This document shows positions 46,820-64,000 of a DNA stretch of 64,000 nucleotides, piece after piece. Position 1 is the stretch's first letter. Each line of letters opens with the position of its first letter. Source of the DNA: Octopus vulgaris (Eukaryota); assembly GCA_951406725.2 (NCBI GenBank), contig OX597830.1, positions 74,648,001 through 74,712,000 of the forward strand. The letters run 5' to 3'. Below the pieces are notes generated by a model, which was not told the DNA's origin, did no database searches, and saw nothing but the letters and a program-made list of their open reading frames with translations. A program made the position numbers and the translations under genes.

Positions 46820-48133
46820 TATATATATATATATTAAGTGTGTGTGTATGTGTGTTGGTATACGCACATAGTATAATATAGACACATTGAGAGTTGCTAT
46901 TTTTAAAACACTTAGTACAACCTCCAGAATGTTCGAAAATCTAAATTTCTTGTTTCCATATGGGAACAGTATACACTTAGCTACTCGAATTAAATTATAT
47001 TTTATCCTTCCAATTCCTATAAATAGATACCAGACGTCTATATCTTATATACTGTAACCAATTCTCTGAAATATGTACATAGCTGACTGCAATTTCTAGC
47101 ATGTAGTTGTCATCGGTTGCACAGAAGCCTCTCCTCATTGTTATTGTTGAGCTCCAGATCTTCAGTCTGTAACCAAGAAGGCCCACGAATATAGACATGC
47201 CAGGCGTGAACACCCCGTCCTGTCTTGCTGTACTGAGTGTTCACATTTTCGTCCGATTCGATTCCAATGATGGCTAAGTGTAACCTGCTCGCAATTTCGC
47301 TGCTACATCTAGCAGATCGGGCGACCACATAGAGGTATACATGGTGGCTCCTTGTAATGATATGTTATAGTAGGTGGATTTTGATGGCGTTAGTTTTTGT
47401 TTAGCCCCATGTCAGATTTTATCACAAAAACAGTGTTGGAATACTATCTATGAGAATTATACTGCTTTAGTATTTATTATTTTCACTTCAAGCCCCGGCA
47501 TGGCTGTTGAGGTTAAGAAGATCGCTTTGCGACCACGTGGTTTCAAGTTCAGTCCCAAAAGCAACCGTTAGAATAAAAACCAAAGTTTAAAAACAAATCC
47601 AGGGTCTGATTTCCTCGAAAAAAACCCTTAATGATAGTACCCCGGTATCACCGTAGTTCAATGACTGAATTAAATAAAAAAATAAAAGTGATATTCAGAC
47701 AGATTTTACAGTTATTTCCTGTTGTAGGATAAATCTCGAAGAGGCCCACTCATCTCGTATATAATTAATTCATATCTCTAATTGACTCCCTTGGAAGAAA
47801 AAGACGAAGATAAAACTATCCCCTCTGAGATTTTAATCTCAGAATATAAAGGGAGGTAACTACGATAGTAATCTGCAAACAATTTTTTCACATGGGGAAC
47901 TTCGTTTTCAGATTTAATGGCTTGAGGTGTTAGAAATAGTAGCTAGATATACTCTATGTCAAATAGAGTATAAAAATAATGAGAAGTTATTTGAATGATT
48001 TGTAGAAGAAAAAATAAAAGTGAAATAATAGCGTGAGAAAATCTACACCCATTACACACGCATAGGAATATATATATATACATCTACATCTATCTATACA
48101 CACATACTCATATATATATTTGTACATTCAGAC

Positions 48134-48183
<50 letters not shown>

Positions 48184-48456
48184 TAAAACAGAGATGGAAT
48201 ATTTGGTGTGTTCCAAATTTTCCATTCTTTGTTTCTTCTTCATATCTACTCTACACATGACTCACCAGAAATTTCAACTACTTATATATATTTCATTTAG
48301 GATAAAATATATACATGCATACATACACTTGCTTACTGGAAAACGCATATCTACTTCGCGACAACACAGTTTGGATTATACTAATTTCTATACACTATAT
48401 ATACCTACCTACATATATATATATGTTTATATATGAACTTATCTTTATATATCTAC

Positions 48457-48516
<60 letters not shown>

Positions 48517-48631
48517 TATACATATGAATATATGTATGTGTATATATGTGTGTAAGTATGTATGTAAGCATATATATATGTACGCATGTATATGTGTATA
48601 TTTATCTAAACACACACACAAATATATATAT

Positions 48632-48691
<60 letters not shown>

Positions 48692-48860
48692 GTATATATA
48701 TATATATTTCTGAATGCATATCTATATATATATATATATATATATCTGCATGTATATTTATTTATATATATTCACGTATATACATGCATATACTTGTGTA
48801 TATATATGTGCAGACGTATATCTACATAAACGTATACCATACTAGCACAAATATACACAC

Positions 48861-48987
<127 letters not shown>

Positions 48988-49652
48988 TAAACGCACGCAT
49001 GTGTGTATCCGTCTTTAGGATGTATGTATCCACATATGAAGGTGTTGTTGGTGCAAAAACAATAGTATCCAAAAACCGTTTGTATTATTAAGAACTTCCT
49101 TTTTGTGTTTAAAAATCTCGCTCAGGTAATCACGAATCATATACCGTCACTCTATAGAATCCACTACTCTCTGTATATTTAGCATGTAGTGGTTTTCCCT
49201 AAACTTATAGGGTACCCTACCTCGACGATGTGACCTCAGTTCCTAAGCCCAGTGGTTATTTGTTTTAATAAAAGTGCAATATAGTAATGGTCCTTAGCAT
49301 CATATACAGTATTGAATAATTAACTGTAGCATAAGGTTTTACATGTAATGGGGACCCCTATAATTAAGAAGTACGTATTGTATGTATAGTGGGTTGATTC
49401 GCTCTCAGTATACATATTACATGCATACACACATATATACATACATACATACATACATATTTTATATATATATATATATACATACATATGTGTGTATATA
49501 TATATATATATAAATGCATGTAATAATAAATAAATAAATAAATATATATATATATACATACATACATATGCATACAATTATATACAAACATATGTACAAA
49601 TATATATACATACATACATATAATCGTATATATATATACATATATGTATACA

Positions 49653-49698
<46 letters not shown>

Positions 49699-50694
49699 TA
49701 TACATATGTAATACACACCCATACTTATATATGTGCATATATATGTGTGTGCATATATATATACATACATATGTACACACACTCATATATATATACACAC
49801 ATACACATACACACTTATATATAGATATGTATCTATATATATGTATATATATTCTACACATGTTTGTATTTGTGTGTATATATAAATATATATATATATA
49901 AATATGTTTATATATATATATATATATATACGTTTGTATTTGTATATGTGTATATATATATATGCATATATATATGTATGTGTTTGTGTGTGTGTGTGTG
50001 TGTGTTCCTTTTTGTTTGTGTCAGTGTCTATGAATAAGGGTGTTATGAATTGTTATATGCGCTTGCACGTGTTTCCTGAATAAATCAATGCATGGACGGT
50101 GCAGTCAACAGTTAACGCTTTTACAAAACATTGATATATATTCTTCTCTCTCTTTCTCTGTCTCTTGCCCTCTCTCTCTCTCTCTCACTCTCTATGTATC
50201 TATCAATCTATCTATCTCTCATTACTCTTTCTCTGTTTCTCCTACATACCGAGATTTCATAGTTTATCTAGCATTATTTAAACCACTCCTCTCAAAAAAT
50301 TACATTGTAACATCTATAAAATACTAAGGTAACCTACCCTTATTTTTACAAAACAGCCAGGTTGAGAGAACTGCTAGAAATCCTAGCTAATATCACTCAA
50401 ATTATATCCCACGTCCTTGATAATTACAAATGATGTGGTCTTGGACTTCATGGATATAAAGAATATATAAATATACACGGTAAAAATGATTTTGGCCATA
50501 TGTTTCCTCAACCTGGTTTGATCATCATCAACAGCAAGAAAAACGATAATCCGTATCTTGAATGATTTGATACCGATATGAAGTATCTAAGAGAGGGGCA
50601 GTATTACCATTATTATTTGTTAGTTCTTTGGTAATGTTCTGTTTGTTCAGAGAACATCATTTCAAGTTTGGCGTAGCCACTCGGAACTTTGTTT

Positions 50695-51046
50695 CAGGAG
50701 TTGTCAACCATTTTTCATCTATGATTCCCTTTGGTTACTAATTTACTCTTGTGGACAACCCCTAAATAGTTGATGTTTAAAAACTAATTTTATAGAAACT
50801 TCTTCCAAATTTCCTTCTTTTGTTTTTCTCACATTAACTTGTGTAGGACGGACTAAGTAAAGTGTAAGAGAATGAAACCTGGCTGTTTCTTTCCGTTCAC
50901 ACCAATACATACATCTAAAACAAAATTTTTTCAGGGTCCCTTAAAATAGCTTTGTTGATCCCCAATTTAGTGTATTATTGCGTGGGTCCCTTAAAAATCT
51001 TATATGAACCCACGTCGGCCACAAGGACCCCAGTTGAGAGCCACAG
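50695..51046. mobile_element. Decayed hAT-like MITE
   Basis: Degenerate TIRs CAGGAGTTGTCAAC and GTTGAGAGCCACAG (CAGTGGTTCTCAAC type), with internal GGACCC/GGGTCCC repeats. Confidence 0.5.
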
Positions 51047-51503
51047 TCGTACACTAACCATATATTGTGTTTCCCTAAAGACGGGCTGCATTCTTCTATC
51101 ATTTACACTAATATTTTCTATATTTTCTTACATTCATCTTCAAAATTTTGACTTCTAGCATTGGAGCAAGGTTGGCAGCTTTAGGGAAAAGGTAAAGCAC
51201 ATCGTTGGACCTTATCATTGTGAACCCCGGATAGTATGAATTACTAAGATGCCTTCAATGAAATTGGAAGGCAAAGCGTAAACACGTTCAACAAAATTAC
51301 AAGGGCTATATGTTCTGAATTCTGCAAATTTCTTCGTTAAGTTTTAACTATTCAGATAAATGTACATAACAGCTATATTGCATATGTACATTCATGTATA
51401 TAAATATACGCATACACATACACACATATATCCATGCATATATATATATATATATATATAAATATATGCACATATATAGTATATATATATGTAGATATAC
51501 ATT

Positions 51504-51556
<53 letters not shown>

Positions 51557-51699
51557 GTATATATGTTTGTATATATATACATACATACATATATACATAC
51601 ATTTACTCACACATATGCACAGCTCTAAAGTAACAATTATTCTGCTAACCGATGGTTCAACATTCTCACGTCATACCCACACCACTGAATTTCATACCC

Positions 51700-53230
51700 C
51701 TTCATCTTGGTTTTAGCCATGTTTGGTTTCCTCGCACTCTCTAATATACATTTGTGCATCGTGGTACAAGATTATTCGATTTTTCTTGGACAAATCTGAG
51801 AATATATTTCCAGCTTATATAACTGTAATGTCTCAATTATTTAGATTTCGTTACTGAAAAAAGCGAGTTGATCTCACTCATTACTTCCGTATCACAATTT
51901 TGGTTTGTTGCAGATCATACTCTTCAGATCCTCGTCTTCTTAGGTGACCAAACTTGCGCTGATGCATCTTATCCGATGTAAGATGTTAGATGTTAGATGC
52001 CTTCATCAATGCCTGTATTCTGTTACTTGGAAGTGCAATTTGGACAGGTTACCTGTTTGTTTGCGTTTGCTTGTTGACGTAATTTTGTCTGAGTTCAGGG
52101 GAAATTGAGACCCATGGTCTTATGTGCCAATGGAATTGACGAAAATTGCTTGTAGGACTTGAAGTCACATAAACCGTGGCATCATCTATACACAGATGTT
52201 CAGTTACTTATGTGGTTATAATGGTTTTCTGAAACAGCTTCTAACAGCTCGAATAAATTATTATTTGTGAAATATGAAACCTGGTCAGTCTTTAGGGGTT
52301 TGTCTTTGTTAAGCACAAGTTTACTGACAGGAAGTCGGATGCATCCGATGTGAGATTTATACCTAAGTCCATTACACGAGTTATTGGATTCAAATCTATC
52401 TACTGTGGTATTCAAGCACTAAACTTCAGTTTTCCTAACACTTTCGAAAGCCCCCAGCGTTTGCGACAAATGGTCAATTCCGACTCAAATTTTCAGTCTC
52501 ACAATTTATAGAATCAAATACCTTGATGCTGTCAAAGAAAGACATCTATAATGATTCCATATTGCGCAAATGAATTTAAGCCATAACTGTGCTAGAACAG
52601 AAATCCTATCTGTGATGCCCTTGGATGATCGAATACCTGACTGACGTTTCAGTAAGTGAATCTTCCATCGTGGGGTGAGTAAGATTAGCAGGATTCTAGC
52701 CATAATATTTCCTGCATAATCAATAGTGCGATTCGTCATTAATCGCCACACCGTTATTTATCTTCTGTTTTGAAAATGCGACAGTGTTTGCATCTCAGAA
52801 GCCAGCTGGTATCTTTCTTCACATTCACAAAAACAGAGACAGCACTTGAATCCCATGCTGACAGGGGTCATTCCCAAATTTCTGTGCTTCAGATAGAATT
52901 CTCATGGATCAGGTTGCTTAAAGTAAATTTTTTTAGGGATTCCTTTCTTCTTATTTTCGTCCAAGATATAGATTTTGTTCCTTCGGTTTCTGGAAAGTCA
53001 TTGTTATTAATGACCCTTTGTGTGCTGTGGTCCAGAAATAGTCGAACATTCACAATTAACCAACTCATCAACAGATTTCAGTTGCTTAATGATAGATGTA
53101 TTATCATCCTTTATATGTTTTGCATCACCCTTTCAATTGGAAATGCAGAACCATAGATTGTTTCAGATGCAATCTATTTATTTTATGCACACTAGAAATT
53201 GTATGGATTTCAAATGTATTGGCTTATCCT
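51700..53230 (-). mobile_element. Decayed RTE-clade LINE reverse transcriptase region
   Basis: Minus peptide AGNIMARILL...RQSGIRSSKGITDRI (52506-52751) resembles RT motifs GKILARIL...QCGFR..RGT.D.I. LCIDDA near 52180-52195 is a decayed YADD box. Many stops and frameshifts. Confidence 0.75.
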
Positions 53231-53344
53231 TAATTCTTGTTTAGTATGTGTGATTCTTCGTAGCCTATATATATGTAGAGGCACATTTAGATACGAGTGA
53301 ATGCTCACGCACGCACACACATGCATATATAAATGTATGTGTAT

Positions 53345-53415
<71 letters not shown>

Positions 53416-53538
53416 TAGATAAAAAGATAGACAGATAGATAGGTTTATAGAGAGATAGATAGGCATATATGTATATGTATTATATATATATATATTCTTT
53501 TTGTATTTATTCTTTTATTTGTTTCAGTCATCAATATG

Positions 53539-53599
<61 letters not shown>

Positions 53600-53606
53600 A
53601 TATATA

Positions 53607-53668
<62 letters not shown>

Positions 53669-53674
53669 CTATAC

Positions 53675-53753
<79 letters not shown>

Positions 53754-54053
53754 TGATATTTATATATATATGCATATATATGTATATATATATAAATATA
53801 TATAACATAGCTAGCTAGATATATAGATAAACAGATAGACAGATACACGTATACATTTACACATATATACACGCTAGTTTAATTTAGAGGAATCTCCTAG
53901 CTTGGGCATTAGTTTCAAGGGTATATTTCACGACACGGAAAAAATATATATTTCGGTGGGAATAAACCTCATGATTATCTTAGATATTTCCATACAACAA
54001 ACAAATTCTGGAATATGGAATAATACATCGTAAACAGCAAACAAATCACCGAG

Positions 54054-54088
<35 letters not shown>

Positions 54089-54102
54089 ACATGCATACAT
54101 GC

Positions 54103-54136
<34 letters not shown>

Positions 54137-54159
54137 ATATATATATATGTATGTGTATG

Positions 54160-54195
<36 letters not shown>

Positions 54196-54435
54196 GCGAC
54201 ACGCGTGCAGTGACGCGCGCACGCGCATGCATAGATAAAATTCTTCACTGCGCAAGGTGGTAGGAAGTCGAAGAAATGAATGCGACTTCAAACGTACATA
54301 TATGCTTGAACATTCTCTCAAAAATACATGTCCACATACAAAAGCGAACATCTATCTAGGCAGCAACACACACTCACACACTCACGCACTCACACACGCA
54401 CACACTGTTTTGCACCGACACACATAACATGTGTA

Positions 54436-54506
<71 letters not shown>

Positions 54507-54682
54507 ATATCTACACACATACACAGCAAATACAAACACTGACACACTCACAAATATATATATATATATATTCATATATCTGTATATATATATAAATTTC
54601 TATACATGCATGTTTATATATAAACTAACCTATACAGAAATTTATACATTTAGACATTTAGACATACAGTTATATACACAAA

Positions 54683-54737
<55 letters not shown>

Positions 54738-54882
54738 TTGTGCATGTACATACATATACATCATTACATATAAATTAAAACTAGCTATACATCATATTTT
54801 ATCATATATATACTTTGATAAATTATAATGTTTGACATAGATTTCTGTATATATATATGTGTTTATATGGTATATGTCTATA

Positions 54883-54921
<39 letters not shown>

Positions 54922-54966
54922 TCATCGATATATCTATCTATCTATCTATCTATCTATTATATAATC

Positions 54967-55026
<60 letters not shown>

Positions 55027-55825
55027 AATAATGTATATGTGTGCATGGGTATGTGTGTTTGCTTGTATAGCGAGGGAAATTTTTCCCGTGGACGCCTGCT
55101 GTACGAAACAAAAATAGTTATTGATCAACATTTCTTAACTTAACCCATCATGAGCGCTTTCACTCATCATTCGATATAAATACAACATCCATAAACACAC
55201 ACATAGGAACAACTAGTTTTGCACGATTGCGTATATTCGAATTTCCATGTGCATGTGTCTAATTGTGCGTAGGCGTGAGTGTGTGTGCGTGTACTAAATA
55301 TTCTACATGGATAAATACACTAACCTAATATTTTGAAATACATGTTATTATATTGTTGTGGATTATTTTATTGCATTTCGATTCATATAATCAATACTTT
55401 ACTTAATCGGGATAAAGCCGCAAAATTATCGATCTTTTTAATCACCTCAAAATTTTTACATGCCGAATACTTATTCTTATGCTCTTTTGGATTAATTTCG
55501 TTGTATTCAAAAACTAAAGAATATCAAATATTTTCGAAGAAATTCAGACTTTTCTTCGGCAATATCGCTTAATTTTGTTTAAGAGCATTTCTGAAAGAGG
55601 AATGTCAGCAAATATGATAATAGAGATGTGTGTTCGTATGTATGAAAATATATAACTGTGTCTGTATCTTTTTATGTGCGAATAAGTATAAAAATTTATG
55701 TGTTTATCCATGGATTTCGGCTTGTAGAGAGGCGCAAATGTATACACGTATTTACATGCGCGTAACCATACACACAATTACGCACAAATATATAATATAC
55801 ATACACACACGTATGTATGTATACG

Positions 55826-55897
<72 letters not shown>

Positions 55898-56053
55898 TAC
55901 ATGTAGATACATATATATACATATATATATATATATAAACATGAATATATGTTATATGTATAGATAAGTACCAAATACGAATATATGTTATATGAAGAAA
56001 AGTGAATACCTGTTTGGGAAAACCTACTACATATTCATGTGTGTGTGTCTTCG

Positions 56054-56086
<33 letters not shown>

Positions 56087-56173
56087 TGATGTAATTATAT
56101 ATATATGCATAATTATATATATTACATATATATATATTATATTTTTATGTAATTATATATATGTATAATTATG

Positions 56174-56241
<68 letters not shown>

Positions 56242-56297
56242 TATATATATATATGAATATATGAATATACATGTACACCAATGCAGATATATATGTG

Positions 56298-56334
<37 letters not shown>

Positions 56335-56709
56335 GTGCATGTGTGTTTGTCTGTCTGTATGTATGTATATACTATGCAAACATATACATATAAAGTGCGT
56401 CTAGGTGTAGTTGTGTGTGTAAAATGAATTGAGGAGTAAAGAGCCTACAAATCTTAAAAGTTTCTTTCCGATATTCGGAGACTCAGGTGCTTTCCACATC
56501 ACATTCCTGTCGTATATTTAAATGATACATTTCAACTTATTATAAGGACGAAAAAAAAATCAATGACACCGATTTCTTTTTAAGTTTACAATCTTTTAAA
56601 AGTACAATGTCTTCAATCTCACCGACAAAACAGGAACACCACATACACGTGCAGATATATACATACATACATACATATCCATCGTACTGTAGAAACGTAT
56701 ACACACATG

Positions 56710-56748
<39 letters not shown>

Positions 56749-56997
56749 AATACGATGTGGAAAAGAGAGAACACTTCACTAAGGTTAGCAGTAGTGGTAG
56801 TAGCAGTTACAGCAGAAGCAGCTATCATGCATGGTCCATTAATCACGACATGTTCTACCATCACAGAAGTAATAGATAATGAAGAGGTACAAGAAAAGGA
56901 AGAAAAAAATAAATAAATGAGAGGACAAACGGAAAAAGTGAAGCAATGTTTATTTGAATCCTATCATTCAATAAACACGTGGCACCTATGTATACAT

Positions 56998-57089
<92 letters not shown>

Positions 57090-57108
57090 GTATGTATGTA
57101 TACGTGTG

Positions 57109-57143
<35 letters not shown>

Positions 57144-57227
57144 ACGTGTATATATATATATATATATATGTGTATGTATATATATATACATATATATATA
57201 CGAATATTTATACATTTATATATATGC

Positions 57228-57284
<57 letters not shown>

Positions 57285-58120
57285 TACACATATATGAATA
57301 CATGCATATATGTGCATATATATATATATATACACACACACATATATAGAAATATATATATATACATATAAAGATTTGTCTCGCTAAGTAACTATCTATC
57401 TATCTTTCAATCTATATCTATATCTATATATATATGTATGTGTGTGTGTGGATAAATGTATATATATGTATGTATATAAATACATACATATACATGTGAA
57501 TACATAGATATATGTGTGTGTGTGTGTATAAATTATTATCCTAACGTTCTGTAAAAAAATAATTCTACATAATACGTGCGCCCTGGTATATACATAAACA
57601 AATGCAAGTTAGAGTTTATGTTTCCAATAGACTTAATTAAAGTACATTTTACAGTTGCATATATGTATATTCATTTTAAGGATATACAAAATATTTCCAC
57701 TGAATAAATATGCATTTTTATATTATTATTTTTATTATTTTAGAAATACAATCCGCACTTTTATTTCCAGTTTTATACCGATTCGGATTAATTGTCTTGG
57801 AATAGTAGTCAATAGCAGAAAAGACTGTTTGAATATTCATTAGTTTAATATATGTATTTCAATTATGGTTGAAAAATAATAATATTTTTTTAATATACAA
57901 TATAATATAATTAACAGTTGCAATATAAAATTCATAAATTCAGGCGTCTGAGACTATGTTATCAGAAGAGATTAATTGTTTAATATATACAATTAAGGCT
58001 TTCCAGATTTTCAGTACAGTTTAATAGTTAACAATATAAACAGATACACACACACACACATACTCGTTTGCGTGCACACACACATGTACACACACATATA
58101 TATGTATGCATATGAATATA

Positions 58121-58165
<45 letters not shown>

Positions 58166-58672
58166 AAGATATACACATAAGCACACATACACACGCGCAT
58201 ATATATATATATATATGTATATAAACGGTTACACCCACAGACACACACACACACACACACACACACATGTGTTTATACATATTTTATTATATATATATAC
58301 ATATGTGTGTATGAATGCATATATATATATGTGTGTGTGTGTATGTATATATATATATGCCTATGCATATATATACAGATATATATATACATATATAGAT
58401 AGTTGTGTATGCATGCCGTTTTTGTGAAGCTATTTGTTTCTACGTATGTATACGTGCACAAAAACTTATGGAGCAAAAATTTATTTAGGATTCTAAAGCG
58501 ACTTATGAAATTTCAAAAGTTCGGGAATTGTTTTCGTACAATATTCTAAGTCACTTTGCAACTCATACAGAATTCGCAAGTAATGAAGATATTTTAAATT
58601 TACAGAGTATCATTAATATATTTTGTATCAGTCTTTTTTATCCAATAAAAAAATTCATGCGAATATATACAG

Positions 58673-58729
<57 letters not shown>

Positions 58730-58747
58730 TATGTATTTATTCATATA

Positions 58748-58801
<54 letters not shown>

Positions 58802-58830
58802 TCTATATATATAGGCATATATATATATAC

Positions 58831-58883
<53 letters not shown>

Positions 58884-59032
58884 AATAAATATATATATGT
58901 ACATAAAATTATAGGGTAAAAATGGTCATACTTATAGACATATACATATATGTATATATACACAAATACATAGACATATATATGTTTTTGTATATACATA
59001 CATATACATATGCATATATATATATACATATA

Positions 59033-59160
<128 letters not shown>

Positions 59161-59608
59161 TAGTCATCTATCTATATAGATATTTATCTCTCTGCATGTC
59201 GATATATTACTAGGAATTCGTAGGTGTTTGCCTTAACTACAATATTCCTTGGACCGCTACATTTTTCACTAAGTACTAATTGTCGTATTGTTTCGTTAAT
59301 AATACAGAAAATACATTTTCTTTTAATATATCAAAATTAATTCCTAAATGCTGAAAATGAAAAAGAAATCGATCTGCAATCACTACCCTACATAAATACA
59401 TAAATAGGGATAGGTATGTGTGTATATACATGTTAAAATATATATACATAATATATATATATATATATGTACGCACACTCGCACATTCACACACACACAC
59501 ATATACATATATTCGATTATATATATTATACACATCGATATAGAAAATGCATATGGACCCTGTCTTTTGGCCCCTACATATACATACGCACATAAATATT
59601 TATCTATC

Positions 59609-59669
<61 letters not shown>

Positions 59670-59670
59670 G

Positions 59671-59721
<51 letters not shown>

Positions 59722-59750
59722 GTCTATCTATCTTTCTATTTATCTATCTA

Positions 59751-59816
<66 letters not shown>

Positions 59817-59821
59817 TTGCC

Positions 59822-59875
<54 letters not shown>

Positions 59876-59916
59876 TATCTTTCTATGTATGCATGTATGT
59901 ATATATATATATATCT

Positions 59917-59978
<62 letters not shown>

Positions 59979-60696
59979 ACACACACTTATATATATATGT
60001 GTGTGTTTGTGCAGGCATATATATGTATATGTGTGCGCATATATATATCGATCTGTATGAAGATAGATATATTGATTGAATCATCTGTACGTGTGTCTCT
60101 ATAGAGCTATACCCAAACATGTATACTAATATCCGCATTTCTCCGTTTTCGGGTACTTGTTTGTTTTATGGACTGCGCATTCTTGGGACAGCTACCATTA
60201 TTTCCACTCTGAAATTTTAATCATTTGTCTTTTCTGCAGCACCTCTGGTTTGCCTATTCTTTTTAAATTCCTTAATACCTTACTATGTATCCCCTGCTCA
60301 CCCCGTTGCTCGTGTTAACTTTCTACGTCAATTCCTGAATTTACCTATTATATTCCAATATGTCATAATTATTTAAATTTTTGTTTAATTACAATTCCAA
60401 ACATCAAGGCCCTTTATTTCATGGTTCTTAATTTGCTCATTAGTGACTAATAGTAATCACTACCACTATTAATGTATATAACATCTGCAAAAATCTGCAA
60501 ATCCTCGGAGACTGGAAATGAAGGATTCGTAGTATCAGATATGCGCTGCTTGCATTGGCACCAATTTTTGTCACACTCTCCTGCTTTATCCGGAATAAGC
60601 AGTCCGTGGCATTGACATATTCAAAATACTTAATTGATATACATATATACATAGACAAACATACATACACACATACATACGCACATACATATTGGC

Positions 60697-60727
<31 letters not shown>

Positions 60728-60948
60728 TACGACAAAGATAGGGAGAAACAGAGGAAAAGATAGAGAGGCAAAAAGCTAGAAGACTTGTGATGTTGACTGA
60801 AAATTATTTATGTATGTACACAGAAACTGACAAATGGATAGGCAGAATGATAGAGAGATAGATATGCAGACACATAAATAGTTAGACAGAGTGAGAGAGA
60901 GAAATATACTGATAGGTAATTATATAGATATATATTTATATAATAAAA

Positions 60949-60995
<47 letters not shown>

Positions 60996-61052
60996 CATCA
61001 TCCTCAGCCGAATATTCACATATGAACAGAATACATATAAAAAAATGCATCC

Positions 61053-61128
<76 letters not shown>

Positions 61129-61173
61129 TATATAATGATATATAATAATAAAAAAGTTTTTTTTTCTAATTTT

Positions 61174-61205
<32 letters not shown>

Positions 61206-61399
61206 CATATATAAGACTCCATGACTCCATGTAAATATTTATTCATTGGATGTCATATTTTTCATGAATATAGAAGTATACACCCGTAAGCGTGTATAGC
61301 TATCTGTTCAAAATAAGCAAGTTTTTCATTATTTATGACTATATTTTGCATGTGAACATGTAAACTATATATACATACATACATACATACATATATACA

Positions 61400-61448
<49 letters not shown>

Positions 61449-61558
61449 GTATTCACACACACACATATATATGTATGTATGTATATATTGTTTTACTGCT
61501 TGTCGTTCTGCATCACTCCATTTATCTCTCTCTCAAATTTTCGTGTGCGTGTGTATGT

Positions 61559-61681
<123 letters not shown>

Positions 61682-61756
61682 CATATATATATATATAAAT
61701 AAATAATTATACACACAAACATGCATGTATATATATGCACCGATATATACATACAT

Positions 61757-61818
<62 letters not shown>

Positions 61819-62164
61819 ACATATATTACTTTATACGTGCGATGCATGATAACGTATATGAGAAATTATACCTTAATATTTTATCTAAGTCCAATACACC
61901 CGGCACAAATTATTTTACTACTCATGTATAGAACTCTGCATATAAGTTTCATTTTTATATTTACAATACTTCAAAGCGTACACATACACAAACTTTCTGA
62001 TTCGCTCTCATTCTTTCACACATACATACACACACACACGTATTTATACATATAAGAATACATTATTCCTATATACATATTTATAAATCCTAACTACATA
62101 TATATGAATACGGATCAATACACGTGTTTGTGTGTATCTATAAAACTATAAATACGTAAATATA

Positions 62165-62214
<50 letters not shown>

Positions 62215-62234
62215 GCAAATATGTATAAATAAAC

Positions 62235-62265
<31 letters not shown>

Positions 62266-62865
62266 TTGTCTAATAGATTGACAGATACAAAAAGATGCAT
62301 ATATACATAGATAGGTATTATATATATATGAATATGTGTGAACATGCGTCTGTACGCATTTGTGCTGCGTTGATACTCTAGGCACAGGGAAACTGTGGTA
62401 TTCTAGCTCAGCCATTAAAAAACATGGCTACAATCAAGGCAGACCAGCTTTTAACCAATGCGTTGATCCAAGGAGAGTATCTAGTTACACCGAAAATACT
62501 GAAATTTCAAGTAAAAACATTGGATGTCTGATCAGAGAAAGGGAGTGCTTGTAACGAGAACTCTGAATTCGCCGGTCCTACTTGGACACAGCCACGCAGC
62601 TTGGAATGAGCGAAAGTTTAAAAAAAAGCAAACACATACACACACTCGCACGCACACACACGCACACATACGCAATCACATAAACGCGCGCACACGTGCT
62701 TACCCTTAGATTGATTTGTGATTGCTTAGGATGCGTTTCGTGAATCTTTCTTCATTATACAAGTAAACGGTCGACAAAAATCGCAAAGCACTTAGTGCGT
62801 ACCGAGATGATCGCAACATTGTAATTAACACAAACGGCCACTTTCATATGTTTGTGTTTTCTTAG

Positions 62866-62917
<52 letters not shown>

Positions 62918-63011
62918 GTATATGCTTATATATGAAGACATACATATATATCTATCTCTATATATATAACATATGTGTGCATATGAATATATTATACATG
63001 CATATATATGC

Positions 63012-63061
<50 letters not shown>

Positions 63062-63959
63062 TATATATATATACACACACATGCATATATATATATGCTT
63101 ATAATTATAAATGTATGTATTTGTGAATATGTATATCTGTATATATACATATGTACATATATATACATATCTGTATGAAATATTTGTAAATATATACAGA
63201 CGTAATAAAAAAAAATAATATATAAAAATCGTTTATATATATATATGTAAAAATCAGTATGAAATAAGCATACATACATATATGCATACATAGCCTTGTA
63301 GCGTCTGTAAGAAATGTGGAATATGGTTGTAGTTTGGAAAATACCAAAAGCAAAAAGAAAAAAAAAATTAGCTAAACCCCTTCGAAATATTAACGAAAAC
63401 AATAACTCTCAGACACCCACTCACCCACCCACCCGCCGCCCTCGTTCCCACCATACCGAGAAAAACAAAAAATAAAACACACAAACACGGAATAAAGCCA
63501 ACCGTAAGCAAAACCAAAAAACGAACAGAATTGCTATTTATTTTATTACTACAATACAAACCTGTAATTCAATAATTCCGTCGAACTACAAATCTATTCT
63601 GGCGAATTTTATTTGGAAAATATTGAGATAAAGGACTTTATGTTTCCACCGTTGAGTTTCTTCCGCCACCACCACCACCACCGGCAACACTTTTATCTAT
63701 TTATTCTCTCTCTTTTCTCTTCAGTTAGTTTCTTTCTCTCTCAGGCGCACGTATCCACACTATTTCTGTTATTTTCTCTCTATTTCTGTTTTTCTCTCTG
63801 TATCAACGTATTTCTAAATACATCTATCGAAAATACTCACAATATATTATGTGTGTTTGCATTTATGATTCTATGCATATGCTTCTTTATAAATGCCTTT
63901 ATACACATGTATACATATATGTTAAGGTGTGTGTATGTAGGCATACATATGTATGTATG

Positions 63960-64000
<41 letters not shown>

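Noticed and set aside
63745-63750. 6-nt linker microexon AG|GCGCAC|GT
   Set aside because: The donor GTATCC is weak and nothing else supports it.

Overview
AT-rich eukaryotic DNA dominated by (TA)n, (CA)n, (TATG)n, (TAGA)n and (GA)n microsatellites plus two abundant tRNA-derived SINE families. The repeat landscape looks like an octopus (coleoid cephalopod) genome; this is inferred from remembered repeat families, not a database match. Almost every ORF in the supplied track is a microsatellite artefact. The only convincing host gene is the first coding exon of a central-class Hox gene (33335-33932, +). It has an N-terminal MSSYY, a YSRFPPY motif, a Q/H tract, the YPWM hexapeptide and a phase-1 GTAAGT donor; Lox5 is favoured and Antp is the alternative. 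No homeobox exon was found in the remaining 30 kb. About 1.35 kb upstream lies a compact CCAAT + E-box + Inr-like promoter candidate. The proximal intron holds a near-perfect 74-bp palindrome and a TGACAG+TGATTTAC (Meis/Pbx-Hox-type) composite site. Other elements are a decayed Tc1/mariner with a nested RTE tail, a short mariner derivative, RTE and Tx1/L1-like LINE remnants, a Helentron-type element, a hAT-like MITE and Penelope-like ends with decayed hammerhead cores. I found no clear novel multi-gene system; the best leads are regulatory and RNA-structure elements of the Hox locus. Repeat boundaries are approximate.
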